A stretch of DNA of 64,000 bases from a virus. The number at the start of each line of letters is the position of its first letter. Within the stretch, counting starts at the first letter, position 1. Under the pieces are notes generated by a model. That model did no database searches, was not told where the DNA came from, and saw nothing but the letters and a program-made list of their open reading frames with translations. The stretch lies in UHGV virus genome UHGV-0171999. The stretch is one strand, 5' to 3'. Positions 1 to 11,651 of the stretch are shown piece by piece. Made by a program: the position numbers and the translations under genes.

Positions 1-2683
1 GGGTAATTGCTATAAATCCAAATCCTACTGGATGAACAAAACGAATAACGTCAGATTTCCAACGGGAAGAAGGCAAATTGGATTTAATTTTCATTACATA
101 ATATGATCGACTTCTATTAATATAGTCTATATTATTTTGAAGCAAATCCTTTCCTTTAACCCCACGAATAATTTCGCCTTCAAAACTAGGAAGTCTTTCT
201 GCTTTAACTTCTTGACCGGCAATTAATCTTCCCAAAAGATTATGAATAGTTACGGTCCATTGCAATTTACCATTAGAATAGCTTCTTTCTATATAAGTAA
301 CATTGCATCTTCCTGTAGCTGTATAAATCGTTTGTCCTACTAAGTCTTCAGTCAAAGAATCAGATTGAACGATTATATCATATTCAGTACCAGCCCCAGA
401 TTCGATTTCAATTTCAACTTCTTCATTATAAAGAACTTTAAAAAGAAATTTGTATGATGCTTCAATTCCTTTAGTAGAATAAAAATCATAGCTACGTGAT
501 TCGAAAAATCTTGCAACAGCATCGCGTTTGTCAGCATTTAAATAAATGTTTCTTTTATATATCTCTGACCACAAATATTCCCATGCATGCTCTTCTCGCG
601 GATATTTGTTACGAATTAAATTTCGTAAATTGTTATACTGAGTTCCATATCCATCAGAAAGATACTGAATATATGCTTCGCAAAATGCCTCAAAATTCGA
701 ATCCTGTAGCAAGTAAGAATCAGGCATCATTGTGCCAATCAATGGTCTTAAATCAGGGTCAGCTAATCCACGCTCTTCTTCAGGCGACCAAGGGGTTTCA
801 TGCTCTTGGTTTTGTAAAAATGCTTTTAAAAATACTTCAGTTGGCTTCCAAATAATTTCGACAGTGTCTCTAACACGATAATTAAAATCATAGTAAGAAA
901 TTATTTCACCGGAGGCTTTATAGAAAAGCATCCCAGATGCATATTTTTTAAATCCAGTGAATTTAACATTTGGCATTACTATAGTGCAATCGCCATCATC
1001 CCAGTATTCATGAACTAATCTATCTGGTGATGTTTCCGGAATATTTTCTATAACTTTAGTGTATTTTAAATCAGCATAAACTACTACAACCCTATCAGAG
1101 TTGTTTATCCAACAACGCGTGTTAGATTTTTTAGACCAGTTAAAGAATGGTTCAGCGTAGTATTTCATCGGCTGAGGAGTAAAAGTTTCCCAATCAGACT
1201 TTTCATCTGCTATAAATGCCATCATATGATAATGCTTATCAGCTAGCCATTCACGAGGAAATTCATATTTAACGGCACCGATTAACTGATATTTTGCCGC
1301 AGTTTCAGGGTCATCAACAACATTATCACTTAAAAATTTAAAATTACTCGATGATAGAGAAACTAATTTACCATCAGTTGACATATTCGCATACCCTGGT
1401 TGAATACGTCTTCTTTCTTCTTCAGTGTTGCCAAAAACTCTTTTCCATGTTTTTGTGTCATGATTTAAAACATATATTCCTTTATCAACAGAATCAATTA
1501 TTTTTGATGTTCTAGGATTAGCATTTAATGTTTCAACTTCACCAATAATAAGAGCAAAAACTTTATCACCGACAGAATCCATTTTATAGCATACTGCTTT
1601 AGGATTTCCGGTTATAGTCATTGTATCAGGTTCAAAAAGCCTTTCAGAATATGTTGGAGATAATGGGTCAGAATCTATAGGTGCATTACTCGTTTTTATG
1701 TATCTAACTTTGTCTCTGGCAACAACGTAAATGTAATCATCGGTGCAAGTAATAGCTTCTGCAATGCGATATACATTCGCTGGTAAAGTCGCGTAAGTGG
1801 CAAAAATTTCTACATCAAATCCTAAATGTAATTGGTCGCCAAGTTTAGCAAATGTTATATCCTGTGAACTGAATCTGACATCGTCAGCTGACCATCTAAC
1901 ATCAGTCGATTTGCGGCCATAGAAAATCTTGTCGTATCCTAGAACGTATGTTGTGTTCGCAGATTGGTAATATACTGTCTTAGATAAAGGATATCCTACG
2001 CGGTCATTGAAGAGCTTTACAGCTTTCCAGGTTTGTCCTTTATCATTAGATACTTTAACTACAGGTTGATAACGCTCAAAAAGATATAGAATCCCTTCTG
2101 ATTCCATCAAATAAACTCGGTTAATATCCTTACATACTTGTTGAATAGAACCTTGTATTTCATGATACTCATTTTCACCAATAATAAAATTACTTATTGA
2201 TGAAACATCAACATATGATGGACTGAATTGAAAAGATTCATTCATCAATGCAGCCATTATAGTGTCATTATTAAAATTGACATAATCAGAATTATTAAGA
2301 GTAAATTTTTCCTGAATGAATTTATTGGCTAATTGCATTTCAATCATGTTTTGAAATGTATAAGCATTTGTAGCAAAAGTTTCAAACTCTTCGGTATAAA
2401 TCCAATCAGACTGCTCAAAATCTTGCGCAGCTGTAGCTACTCTGATAATGTATGATGTCAATGGGTCAGCATCATCAAAAAAGAAGCTGTTATTTGCAGT
2501 ATATCCTAAGTTAATCCATCTGTATTGATTACTCGGGAGATTTTCCCCCGAGTTTGTTTTTGTCTCAGCGATTTCTACAAAATAGTAGAAATTAGCACCA
2601 ACGTCATCCCAGCGTACTTGCACCTGATTTGCGGATAACTTGGAAATTCTGAGACTAGTGACTGAAGGTGCTTTTACTGTCAT
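1..2683 (-). CDS. 7: baseplate wedge protein gp7, partial (start codon at 2683, 3' end beyond window start)
   Basis: Reverse-complement from 2683 reads MTVKAPSVTSLRISKLSANQVQVRWDDVGANFYYF; open to position 1; ATGA overlap with gene 6 stop; synteny 6-7. Confidence 0.85.
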   Translation of the reverse strand, partial: MTVKAPSVTSLRISKLSANQVQVRWDDVGANFYYFVEIAETKTNSGENLPSNQYRWINLGYTANNSFFFDDADPLTSYIIRVATAAQDFEQSDWIYTEEFETFATNAYTFQNMIEMQLANKFIQEKFTLNNSDYVNFNNDTIMAALMNESFQFSPSYVDVSSISNFIIGENEYHEIQGSIQQVCKDINRVYLMESEGILYLFERYQPVVKVSNDKGQTWKAVKLFNDRVGYPLSKTVYYQSANTTYVLGYDKIFYGRKSTDVRWSADDVRFSSQDITFAKLGDQLHLGFDVEIFATYATLPANVYRIAEAITCTDDYIYVVARDKVRYIKTSNAPIDSDPLSPTYSERLFEPDTMTITGNPKAVCYKMDSVGDKVFALIIGEVETLNANPRTSKIIDSVDKGIYVLNHDTKTWKRVFGNTEEERRRIQPGYANMSTDGKLVSLSSSNFKFLSDNVVDDPETAAKYQLIGAVKYEFPREWLADKHYHMMAFIADEKSDWETFTPQPMKYYAEPFFNWSKKSNTRCWINNSDRVVVVYADLKYTKVIENIPETSPDRLVHEYWDDGDCTIVMPNVKFTGFKKYASGMLFYKASGEIISYYDFNYRVRDTVEIIWKPTEVFLKAFLQNQEHETPWSPEEERGLADPDLRPLIGTMMPDSYLLQDSNFEAFCEAYIQYLSDGYGTQYNNLRNLIRNKYPREEHAWEYLWSEIYKRNIYLNADKRDAVARFFESRSYDFYSTKGIEASYKFLFKVLYNEEVEIEIESGAGTEYDIIVQSDSLTEDLVGQTIYTATGRCNVTYIERSYSNGKLQWTVTIHNLLGRLIAGQEVKAERLPSFEGEIIRGVKGKDLLQNNIDYINRSRSYYVMKIKSNLPSSRWKSDVIRFVHPVGFGFIAIT

Positions 2684-4662
2684 TGTGATATAGGCTCCAA
2701 ATCGATAGTTAAGTATTGTGGACGTAAGTCATTTTCAAATACAATCAGTGAACCGTCGCGAGTAAAGATAACATCATCGGTTGGGTCAGAATATAATTCA
2801 ATGGTCTGAACTTCAAATTTTTCAGATGTTAAATTAATTTTAGCGATATTCCAATAAATCACATCAGCTGGATAATTTATTTCACCGATAACATAGTATT
2901 TGTCACGTCCATCAGAATTTGCTAATTTGTTAAAATCGTTGCCTGTATACGGCTGAATGTTTTCATTTTCTGTAACATCACCAGAAGCAAATGGACCAAT
3001 AATAACTTTACCAATTCCTTTAGAATCTCGGTCTGTTGATACTATGCGAACGTCATATAATACATCTTCTTCTAAACCAGTATCAGGATTTACAACCTTT
3101 CGTCCAGAATTAAATGAAAATGTATTAGATTCCATAGAACGATCTTTTATTTGATTATTGTATTTAATACCTGCTTCAGGCGTTTTATAGAAGTTTTGTA
3201 CTTCACGAACAATTTGAATTGTCGCTGATGAACCAATGATAGAATGATCTACATCATCTACATATGTCAACATCTTAGATTTAGCGAAAGATGAGTTAAA
3301 AATTTCTACATCTTCGGTATAATAACGATCAATTTTATCAATTATTTGACCTTCGAGCCACTGTTCGGATTCTTGCAGCTTATTTAAAGCATATGTGACT
3401 TTTAAATTAGTCTTAATAAAAAGATAATTAGGAGAAATAATTGATGGCGTAATAGGAGCTAAATTATAGTCTTTGAGATAATTTTTAATATCTTCACGCT
3501 GTACGGTAGTTAAATACAGACCTGATTTAGGTTTAGCAGCAATAAATGCATAACCAGGTTTAGTAGAATCAGTGAACGTCTGAACTGCTTGAATAATAGA
3601 ACCAAATCTCTCTGAAACGAATGTATCATAGTCAGTCGCAGTTACGCAGCGTTGCTGAGTTTCGCGTTTAATAGTACCCAATTCGCGAATACGTTCAATA
3701 TCTTCTGGATCACCGCCGCCATCTGCCCCAACAAAATCTGGGTCATCGTTTGGATTTTCATTAATATTGATGACAGTTATATTTGTTAATGTATCTGCGT
3801 ATGAAAATCCGACTGCGCCATTCGCATCTGCACCGTTAGTACTGATGTACTCAATAACAATCGTAGAGTTCTGAGTAGGTTTAAGACCTCCAATGTAATT
3901 AGCGGTTAATGCTCCTTCTGCCGCATTAACGGAAATCTCACCTTCACCAAAATAGAATTCAGTGTTTCCATCAATAGTTTCACGCATATAATAAATCGTT
4001 GATGTTGAACCAGCATGAACCATTGACTTTCTCGTCCAGTTAATCCATTCCGCTCCATCAACATATAATTTAACCTGGTTTCTATCAATATTTTTATCAT
4101 AAATGATAATAGGTGTTAATTTATCATAAATGATTTCGGTTCTTACTATACGCCCTTGAGCAAGTTTTAAACGTGGAAAATATTGGTTATTTTTATCACG
4201 AATAGCAATAACGTCTTCAGTAGAAACGAAGTTATATGGATTAACAGAAGTATCTTTTGCGTATGCTAAAAAGCGAGTACCACGAGGAATAGTAATGTAA
4301 TTTCTATTCAATGCGTCTGTGCACGTTAACATAATTTCAGTCTGTGCAGCGGATTTTGAAGTAGGTAAATATCCGTTATCTTGCGCAGCTTGAACAACTG
4401 AACTTCGTAAGTTAGCAGTACGCATAAAGCTTTCATACACGGCAGCATTACCAAACTGCTGAATGTATAATGTATTATAAGCCAAAAGGTCGCACAGAAC
4501 GTTTAATCTTGAGCCTTCAAAATCATAATCCAAAAATTCATTTTGACCATTAAGCCATTCAATGAGGTTTTGTTTTATTTCAGCAAATGTACCCCCGACG
4601 AATATCTCGGGAATAGCATTTGCTGTTCTTGTTAATTGATAATTTACAGGGGTATTTGCCAT
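2680..4662 (-). CDS. 6: baseplate wedge protein gp6
   Basis: 660-aa ORF; synteny between 5.4 and 7; length as recalled for T4 gp6. Confidence 0.88.
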   Translation of the reverse strand: MANTPVNYQLTRTANAIPEIFVGGTFAEIKQNLIEWLNGQNEFLDYDFEGSRLNVLCDLLAYNTLYIQQFGNAAVYESFMRTANLRSSVVQAAQDNGYLPTSKSAAQTEIMLTCTDALNRNYITIPRGTRFLAYAKDTSVNPYNFVSTEDVIAIRDKNNQYFPRLKLAQGRIVRTEIIYDKLTPIIIYDKNIDRNQVKLYVDGAEWINWTRKSMVHAGSTSTIYYMRETIDGNTEFYFGEGEISVNAAEGALTANYIGGLKPTQNSTIVIEYISTNGADANGAVGFSYADTLTNITVININENPNDDPDFVGADGGGDPEDIERIRELGTIKRETQQRCVTATDYDTFVSERFGSIIQAVQTFTDSTKPGYAFIAAKPKSGLYLTTVQREDIKNYLKDYNLAPITPSIISPNYLFIKTNLKVTYALNKLQESEQWLEGQIIDKIDRYYTEDVEIFNSSFAKSKMLTYVDDVDHSIIGSSATIQIVREVQNFYKTPEAGIKYNNQIKDRSMESNTFSFNSGRKVVNPDTGLEEDVLYDVRIVSTDRDSKGIGKVIIGPFASGDVTENENIQPYTGNDFNKLANSDGRDKYYVIGEINYPADVIYWNIAKINLTSEKFEVQTIELYSDPTDDVIFTRDGSLIVFENDLRPQYLTIDLEPISQ

Positions 4663-4670
4663 TTTAAATC

Positions 4671-4964
4671 CTATTTAATGAATACTTTAGATGATGCCTG
4701 AGCCACAGTATCACCGCATGATATTGGATCAGCCATTTGAACAGCTTTCTTTCCAGTGACATATACCTTAGAAGTTCTAGGTTGTGTCACTCCGCCATGT
4801 GTTTCATATGGCTTTTTAATTTCTGTATGTTCTGTAATTGGATCACCTGCTACGAGAACAGCAATTCCTCCAGTGAATACTTTACTCTGTGTAGCATTCA
4901 CAACTGTTGGAGGCCATGCTTCATGGCCGGCAGTAACGCACTTATCATAACTTAATCCTGACAT
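4671..4964 (-). CDS. 5.4: baseplate spike tip PAAR-repeat protein gp5.4
   Basis: 97-aa ORF immediately downstream of gene 5 region; size and position as recalled for T4 gp5.4. Confidence 0.75.
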
Positions 4965-5522
4965 TTATGACCTCTCATACACGTAGCTTCTCAATTTATT
5001 AGCCCAACGACTCCAATTTCCAACTATAGTTTTTGTATAATTTTTAACAAGAGTTTTTCTTATTGGAGCTGGAGGATTCGTCGGTTCAGTAGTATCAGAA
5101 GATGACCTAGAATTACTGCCAGAACCTCCAGATTCACCTTGTTCTTGGTAGTCATATATTAATGTTACTTCGTAAGTGAATGTCTTCTGGAGGTTTTGAG
5201 GAGCTTTCCATAGATATAACTGAGTATTAGAATCAGTTGGAAGGTCTTCCCATGAAGCAGCAGTTTTAAATTCATTATCTAAACGATATTTCAACGCATC
5301 ATTTCCAAATCCAAATACAGATTCATACGTTCCATATAAACGATTTTCTTCTACTAAAACCCCAGGAGTTTCTTCGTAACTAGTTATATTTATAGATACT
5401 AACGTTTCACCTGTTTCTAATTGAGCGGTAAAGGTGACGTCGATAGAAGAACCTTCCATGGATTCTCCTAAATCAGCGCTCATTGGAAGTATATTAGCCA
5501 ATGTCAATCCTCGATCCATCAA
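4965..5522 (-). CDS. hypothetical protein (gp5.1 position); true start may be an internal Met because the ORF overlaps gene 5 by 29 nt
   Basis: 185-aa ORF between genes 5 and 5.4. Confidence 0.5.
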
Positions 5523-7221
5523 TTGTGTATTGACCAGATGAAATAGAACTCATAGATGCCATTTTTTCTGTCCAATCACCACCAACGTCCCAATCAACTG
5601 TCCCAGCAACTTTCCAAGAAAGATTTCCATTTACTGTATTAGTCTGATTTCCTTCAACTAAAGTGGTAGCATCTCCTTTAACTGTAATGTCAGCATTACC
5701 TTCAACTACAATAGTAACATTACCTTTAACTAGGATAGTTCCATTACCTTCAACTGTCTTAGTTTCATCGCCACGTACAAATATTGTATTACTTCCATCT
5801 ATCTGGTGAAGACGATTATCCATGTTGTAATAAATTTCTGAACCACCGACGTTAGTCTTTTTATCACCGGCTACCAAAAAATTACCATCAGCGTTGGTTA
5901 TATCATACAAATTATCAACAGTTTTTCTTGTTCTTCTTCCTGACGGTGATACTTCTTCATAAGTTCCAGTTGGATGAACTAATCTATATCGTTCTTGCCC
6001 AGGGGTATCATCAAATTCCTGAATATGACCACTTTCAGTTTCCATTGTGTGAACATACGGATATTCACCTTTATATGAAGAAACAGGTTCTTTGAATAAA
6101 ATTCTCGAATCATTCGGAATAGGAGGGTCAGCTGGATCAGAAGACTTCGCCACAGTAGCAGCCATTGCTGATAGAGACCTAGCTGGAGTTTTCACTTCAA
6201 TACCGTATGATTCCAAATTACCCGTAAGAATAATCATGGTAACACGGGATGCACGGCCTTTTGTTTGTTGATACCACAATGAATCACGACCAGCTTTATA
6301 TGCTTTTTCCCAATCTCCGGCTAACATAGCAGTTAACATTGTGTTAAATTTAGCTACACCGCCAACACCCATCTGAAATGCCATATTTTCTAATGCCATT
6401 TGACGAGAACGATTAACTGCTTGCCAAACTGGGCCAACTTTAGAATGTGATTTAATGTCACGTTGCATATCAGCCAAATCACGCTCAAATAAAGCTACCG
6501 CTTCTTCCATTGTAATAGAACCTGGATTTCCGGTAATTTCACGACCAACTTGTTTTGATAAAACTTTATTAATTTGGGTCATATCACGAACTGGCTGCTT
6601 CATGATAAGATGACCAATGCCAATTGTCGGATATCCTTCAGTATCCCAATAAACTTTTAGTCTTAATCCTTCATCACGGCGAAGCATTTCAGCCATTGAC
6701 ATATTTGGATTATCATCAGTTGGAATCTCTGATAACGGTCTATCATCGGGATTTATTGCAGTGTCTAGATTGCTATCTTGGATAATATTAGAAGACGAAT
6801 CATATCCTACTTCTCCGCCTTGGTTTAATACGTTAGTATCATTTCCTAGACGTCTAGGATACTGTCCAGTCGGGTCAGAAAATCCTTCAAGTCTATTAGG
6901 CTTTTCGCGAACTATTCCGCCATACGTGCCAAGGACAATTCCGTTAGTTTTCCATTTGTCTAAAAAATGACCATAAACTCTAGTTCCTTCTACCGGACCA
7001 GTAACGGAGCCTCCAATTCCAGACATTGCTGCAGAAGTTATAGGTTGAATAACTGACATCCATGGTAATTTATCAGTTGGAATACCCATTACGTCGCCTT
7101 GTGCTCTTTGAGGTGGATGCAGACCAACTACACGAACACGAACACGACCTAATTTTAATGGGTCCATTCTATCTTCAACAACACCAACAAACCAATTAAG
7201 GTTATTACTTATCATTTCCAT
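5494..7221 (-). CDS. 5: baseplate central hub and tail lysozyme gp5
   Basis: 575-aa ORF; internal lysozyme motif EMLRRDEGLRLKVYWDTEGYPTIGIGHL similar to gene e; C-terminal VxGxxxxx beta-helix repeats. Confidence 0.92.
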   Translation of the reverse strand: MEMISNNLNWFVGVVEDRMDPLKLGRVRVRVVGLHPPQRAQGDVMGIPTDKLPWMSVIQPITSAAMSGIGGSVTGPVEGTRVYGHFLDKWKTNGIVLGTYGGIVREKPNRLEGFSDPTGQYPRRLGNDTNVLNQGGEVGYDSSSNIIQDSNLDTAINPDDRPLSEIPTDDNPNMSMAEMLRRDEGLRLKVYWDTEGYPTIGIGHLIMKQPVRDMTQINKVLSKQVGREITGNPGSITMEEAVALFERDLADMQRDIKSHSKVGPVWQAVNRSRQMALENMAFQMGVGGVAKFNTMLTAMLAGDWEKAYKAGRDSLWYQQTKGRASRVTMIILTGNLESYGIEVKTPARSLSAMAATVAKSSDPADPPIPNDSRILFKEPVSSYKGEYPYVHTMETESGHIQEFDDTPGQERYRLVHPTGTYEEVSPSGRRTRKTVDNLYDITNADGNFLVAGDKKTNVGGSEIYYNMDNRLHQIDGSNTIFVRGDETKTVEGNGTILVKGNVTIVVEGNADITVKGDATTLVEGNQTNTVNGNLSWKVAGTVDWDVGGDWTEKMASMSSISSGQYTIDGSRIDIG

Positions 7222-7795
7222 AAGATTTCTCCATTATACGTATAAGGTCGTTCATAAATGAATTGATGTCTGATTTTGCTATTATTTTTATTTGACGAAG
7301 TTTTTCATTTTCAAGAACAGCAGCTTCATACGTATCGACTGCAGCAAGTGCTCCTTCATATTGAGGATATTTTCTAGCTTTATCGCCTTTGTCATACCAA
7401 ACATATGGATTATCATCATATGATACTAAATTATAAAATTTTTCACCGTTCTCGTTCACATGATATACTATTTGGTCTCCACCTACGTTTTTGTATTTTT
7501 GTATAGATGCTTGATAAGCAGCTTCTTGCGAAGTAATCCATCCATAATACGGATCATAATTATCATTACACATCAATAAAACCCAATACAACTGCGGATT
7601 TCCATATATAGCATTTGCTAATTCTTCCGGGCGTGGTGAACCTTTAATATAATAAGTACGTAAACGGTATCCCGCAAGAGCACGTTTGAAATAGTCTTTA
7701 TAGTTTCTAAAAATATCTGTCATAGGAATAGTCGGCGCGTTTTTATTCACCGTTTTGGCCGCATATTCAATCGGATCAAAAAATGTAAAGAGCAT
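7205..7795 (-). CDS. 53: baseplate wedge protein gp53
   Basis: 196-aa ORF upstream of gene 5, overlapping its start; synteny. Confidence 0.8.
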   Translation of the reverse strand: MLFTFFDPIEYAAKTVNKNAPTIPMTDIFRNYKDYFKRALAGYRLRTYYIKGSPRPEELANAIYGNPQLYWVLLMCNDNYDPYYGWITSQEAAYQASIQKYKNVGGDQIVYHVNENGEKFYNLVSYDDNPYVWYDKGDKARKYPQYEGALAAVDTYEAAVLENEKLRQIKIIAKSDINSFMNDLIRIMEKSYGNDK

Positions 7796-7808
7796 GGGCC
7801 CTCCTGTT

Positions 7809-7816
7809 TATAAATA
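7809..7816 (+). promoter_or_regulatory. late promoter TATAAATA upstream of gene 4
   Basis: TATAAATA about 27 nt upstream of ATG 7843; divergent from the gene 53 promoter. Confidence 0.55.
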
Positions 7817-7823
7817 TATTATC

Positions 7824-7831
7824 TATTTATA
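7824..7831 (-). promoter_or_regulatory. late promoter TATAAATA (minus strand) upstream of gene 53
   Basis: Plus strand reads ctatttata; about 28 nt upstream of the gene 53 ATG; approx coordinates. Confidence 0.55.
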
Positions 7832-7842
7832 AGGAGAATCCA

Positions 7843-8295
7843 ATGGCATATTCTGGAAAATGGGTTCCTAAAAATATATCAAAATATAGAGGTGACCCTA
7901 AAAAAATTACGTATAGATCAAATTGGGAAAAATTCTTTTTTGAATGGTTAGATAAAAATCCAGAAATTATTGCATGGGGTAGTGAAACAGCAGTAATTCC
8001 TTATTTTTGTAATGCAGAAGGGAAAAAACGTAGATACTTCATGGATATTTGGATGAAAGATTCTTCTGGGCAAGAATTTTTTATTGAAATAAAACCTAAA
8101 AAAGAAACACAACCACCAGTTAAACCAGCACATCTAACAACTGCAGCGAAGAAAAGATTTATGAATGAAATTTATACATATTCCGTTAATACTGACAAAT
8201 GGAAAGCAGCGCAAGCTTTAGCTGAAAAGCGCGGAATAAAATTTAGAATTCTAACAGAAGATGGATTACGAGCTCTTGGCTTTAAGGGGGCATAA
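7843..8295 (+). CDS. 4: head completion protein gp4
   Basis: 150-aa ORF; synteny 53/4/2/3; size as recalled for T4 gp4. Confidence 0.8.
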   Translation: MAYSGKWVPKNISKYRGDPKKITYRSNWEKFFFEWLDKNPEIIAWGSETAVIPYFCNAEGKKRRYFMDIWMKDSSGQEFFIEIKPKKETQPPVKPAHLTTAAKKRFMNEIYTYSVNTDKWKAAQALAEKRGIKFRILTEDGLRALGFKGA

Positions 8296-9119
8296 TGGCT
8301 ATTTTTCAAATAATTAATGAAAGCACTCCCCAAGTTCCAAAGGTTAAGCAATCATTAAACGAAAAGAAATGGATTCAGATAGGTCTTGAATACAAAAAGG
8401 CCAAAGCAAAAGGAATGACAGGAAAGCAATTTGCCGAAGAAAGAGGAATCAAATACTCTACGTTTACTTCAGCAATGTCAAAATATGCTTCAGGAATTAA
8501 AACGGCTGAAAAGATTCAAAAGCTTGAATCAAAACCAATGAATAAACTCAATAAGCAAGAAAGACAACTGCTTATGATAAATTCATTCAGGCAAACATTG
8601 CGTGATAAAATTCGTAATGAAGGCGCAGCAATTAATAATAAAACCAGAAAGTGGTTTGCTGAAACTATTAAGCAAGTAAAAGGACATAAAGTTGTTCGCC
8701 CGCAGCCGGGACGAATATATGCTTTTGCTTATGATGCTAAACACAAAGAAACTCTTCCTTACTGGGATAAATTTCCTTTGATAATTTATCTTGGTTTAGG
8801 TAAACATAATTTAATGTACGGATTGAACTTGCACTATATTCCACCTAAAGCTCGTCAGCAATTTTTAGAAGAGCTTTTAAAGCAATATTCAAATACACCT
8901 ACTATTACTAATAAAACGAAATTAAAAATTGATTGGAGTCAAGTGAAAGGATTTAGGGGTGCAGACCAAATGATTAAGGCATATATACCAGGTAATATTA
9001 TGGGTAGCCTTGTTGAAATCGCCCCGAAAGACTGGGCGAACGTTGTGTTAATGCCACTTCAGCAGTTCGTTTCAAAAGGAAAACGTTTCTCTGCAAACAA
9101 AGTCTGGTCAAATATCTAA
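8295..9119 (+). CDS. 2: DNA end protector protein gp2
   Basis: 274-aa basic protein; ATGG overlap with gene 4 stop; synteny. Confidence 0.8.
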   Translation: MAIFQIINESTPQVPKVKQSLNEKKWIQIGLEYKKAKAKGMTGKQFAEERGIKYSTFTSAMSKYASGIKTAEKIQKLESKPMNKLNKQERQLLMINSFRQTLRDKIRNEGAAINNKTRKWFAETIKQVKGHKVVRPQPGRIYAFAYDAKHKETLPYWDKFPLIIYLGLGKHNLMYGLNLHYIPPKARQQFLEELLKQYSNTPTITNKTKLKIDWSQVKGFRGADQMIKAYIPGNIMGSLVEIAPKDWANVVLMPLQQFVSKGKRFSANKVWSNI

Positions 9120-9225
9120 TTCTATTATCTTCCATTCTTTTCTATTGTTTGTTCTAATTGGAATTGAATGGAAGGGACTTAGATCCATTATACCACCAAC
9201 ATTTATAAAGCATTATGAGGAATAT

Positions 9226-9756
9226 ATGTCGCAAGCACTACAACAAATTTTTAACCAAGCAAATACAACTAACTTTGTAGTATCAATACCACATAGTAAT
9301 ACTACATCTGCTTTTACTTTAAATGCTCAGTCAGTTCCTATTCCAGGAATTAGGATACCTGTTACTGATACCGTGACTGGGCCATTTGGACTGGGTCGAG
9401 CACAGCGTCCAGGAGTTACATTTGAGTACGATCCACTCATCGTGAGATTTATAGTTGATGAAGAGCTTAAGTCGTGGATAGGAATGTATGAATGGATGCT
9501 AGGAACTAGTAACTATCTTACAGGCGAAAATACTGCCCCAAAAACAGGTCCTGAATACATTACGCTTTACATTTTAGATAATAGTAAAACTGAAATCGTG
9601 ATGTCAATAAATTTTTATAAGCCTTGGGTTTCTGACCTGTCTGAAGTAGAATTTAGCTACACGGAAGATTCAGACCCGGCTTTAGTATGTACAGCAACGA
9701 TTCCTTATACGTATTTTCAAGTAGAAAAAGATGGTAAAATTATAGCAGAAGTTTAA
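9226..9756 (+). CDS. 3: tail completion and sheath stabilizer gp3
   Basis: ORF 9145-9756; probable start at internal Met (MSQALQQIF) giving 176 aa; synteny. Confidence 0.72.
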   Translation: MSQALQQIFNQANTTNFVVSIPHSNTTSAFTLNAQSVPIPGIRIPVTDTVTGPFGLGRAQRPGVTFEYDPLIVRFIVDEELKSWIGMYEWMLGTSNYLTGENTAPKTGPEYITLYILDNSKTEIVMSINFYKPWVSDLSEVEFSYTEDSDPALVCTATIPYTYFQVEKDGKIIAEV

Positions 9757-9780
9757 TGCTTCAGTTTCATGTGTTATAAT
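9757..9780 (+). promoter_or_regulatory. putative MotA-dependent middle promoter for gene 1
   Basis: MotA-box-like aaTGCTTCA about 11-12 bp upstream of TATAAT; approx coordinates. Confidence 0.4.
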
Positions 9781-9805
9781 CTTAACTAAATTTGAGGAGA
9801 AACAT

Positions 9806-10518
9806 ATGAAACTAATCTTTTTAAGCGGTGTAAAGCGTAGTGGAAAAGATACCACTGCTGATTTTATTATGAATAATTATTTTGCAGTTAAATATCAACT
9901 TGCTGGTCCGATTAAAGATGCACTAGCCTATGCGTGGGGTGTATTTGCATCAAACACCGTTCATCCTTGCTTAACTCGTAAAGAGTTTGAAGGAATTGAC
10001 TATGATCGTGAAACTAATTTAAATCTGACTAAATTAGAAGTAATTACGATTATGGAACAAGCATTTTGCTATCTTAATAATAAAAGCCCAATTAAAGGTG
10101 TGTTTGTTTTTGATGACGCAGTTAATTTCGTAGCATTTAACAAGATTGCTGACGTTATAAATAATATTGAAGATCAATGGTCAGTCCGTCGTCTGATGCA
10201 AGCCCTAGGTACGGATTTGATTGTTAATAACTTCGACCGCATGTATTGGGTAAAATTATTTGCTTTAGATTATCTTGATAAATTTAACTCAGGTTATGAT
10301 TATTATATCGTTCCTGATACTCGTCAAGATCATGAAATGGATGCGGCTAGGGCGATGGGTGCTACAGTAATTCATGTAGTTCGTCCTGGTCAAAAATCCA
10401 ATGATACTCATATTACAGAAGCTGGATTGCCAATTCGTGATGGCGATTTAGTAATTACAAACGATGGTTCTCTTGAAGAACTTTTTTCTAAAATTAAAAA
10501 TACACTAAAGGTACTATA

Positions 10519-10519
<1 letters not shown>
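9806..10519 (+). CDS. 1: deoxynucleoside monophosphate kinase gp1
   Basis: P-loop GVKRSGKDT; strong match to recalled T4 dNMP kinase. Confidence 0.9.
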
Positions 10520-11216
<697 letters not shown>

Positions 11217-11228
11217 TTTCACAAAGTT

Positions 11229-11258
11229 GTTTACACGTTGATGAGGTAGTGATACTAT
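11229..11258 (+). promoter_or_regulatory. early promoter (GTTTACA -35, extended -10 TGaTACTAT)
   Basis: sigma70-like elements with about 17-18 bp spacer, AT-rich upstream; precedes ipI. Confidence 0.6.
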
Positions 11259-11288
11259 TATCTCATCAAAATTAATTAGGAAAATAAA

Positions 11289-11575
11289 ATGAAAACTTTC
11301 AAAGAATTTACTTCTACAACTACCCCGGTTTCTACTATTACTGAAGCTACTCTTACTTCTGAAGTTATTAAAGCAAATAAAGGACGAGAAGGTAAACCAA
11401 TGATTAGTTTGGTTGATGGTGAAGAAATCAAAGGTACTGTTTACCTAGGCGATGGATGGTCTGCTAAAAGGATGGTGCTACAATCGTTATCTCTCCTGCT
11501 GAAGAAACTGCGTTGTTTAAAGCTAAACACATTTCTGCGGCACATCTCAAGATTATTGCTAAAAATCTTTTGTAA
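11289..11575 (+). pseudogene. ipI: internal protein I gene with apparent -1 frameshift in an A-run at about 11466-11469
   Basis: First 60 codons read MKTFKEF...GDGWSAK; after the A-run the zero frame reads RMVLQSLS... to 11603, while the +1 frame encodes DGATIVISPAEETALFKAKHISAAHLKIIAKNLL and stops near 11575, matching recalled T4 IPI. Confidence 0.6.
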
Positions 11576-11593
11576 TAAATATTTCACAAAGTT

Positions 11594-11623
11594 GTTTACA
11601 TAGGGTTTTAGTTGTGATACTAT
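11594..11623 (+). promoter_or_regulatory. early promoter
   Basis: GTTTACA, 17 bp, TGaTACTAT; overlapped by the frameshifted ipI read-through. Confidence 0.6.
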
Positions 11624-11651
11624 TACCCTATCAACTACCGAGGAGAATAAA

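Noticed and set aside
496-855. 119-aa plus-strand ORF
   Set aside because: Lies entirely inside and antisense to the strongly supported gene 7 coding region; composition typical of a spurious antisense ORF.
2957-4100. Short ORFs (2957-3154 plus, 3906-4100 minus) within the gene 6 region
   Set aside because: Embedded in the 660-codon gene 6 ORF; no independent start signals.
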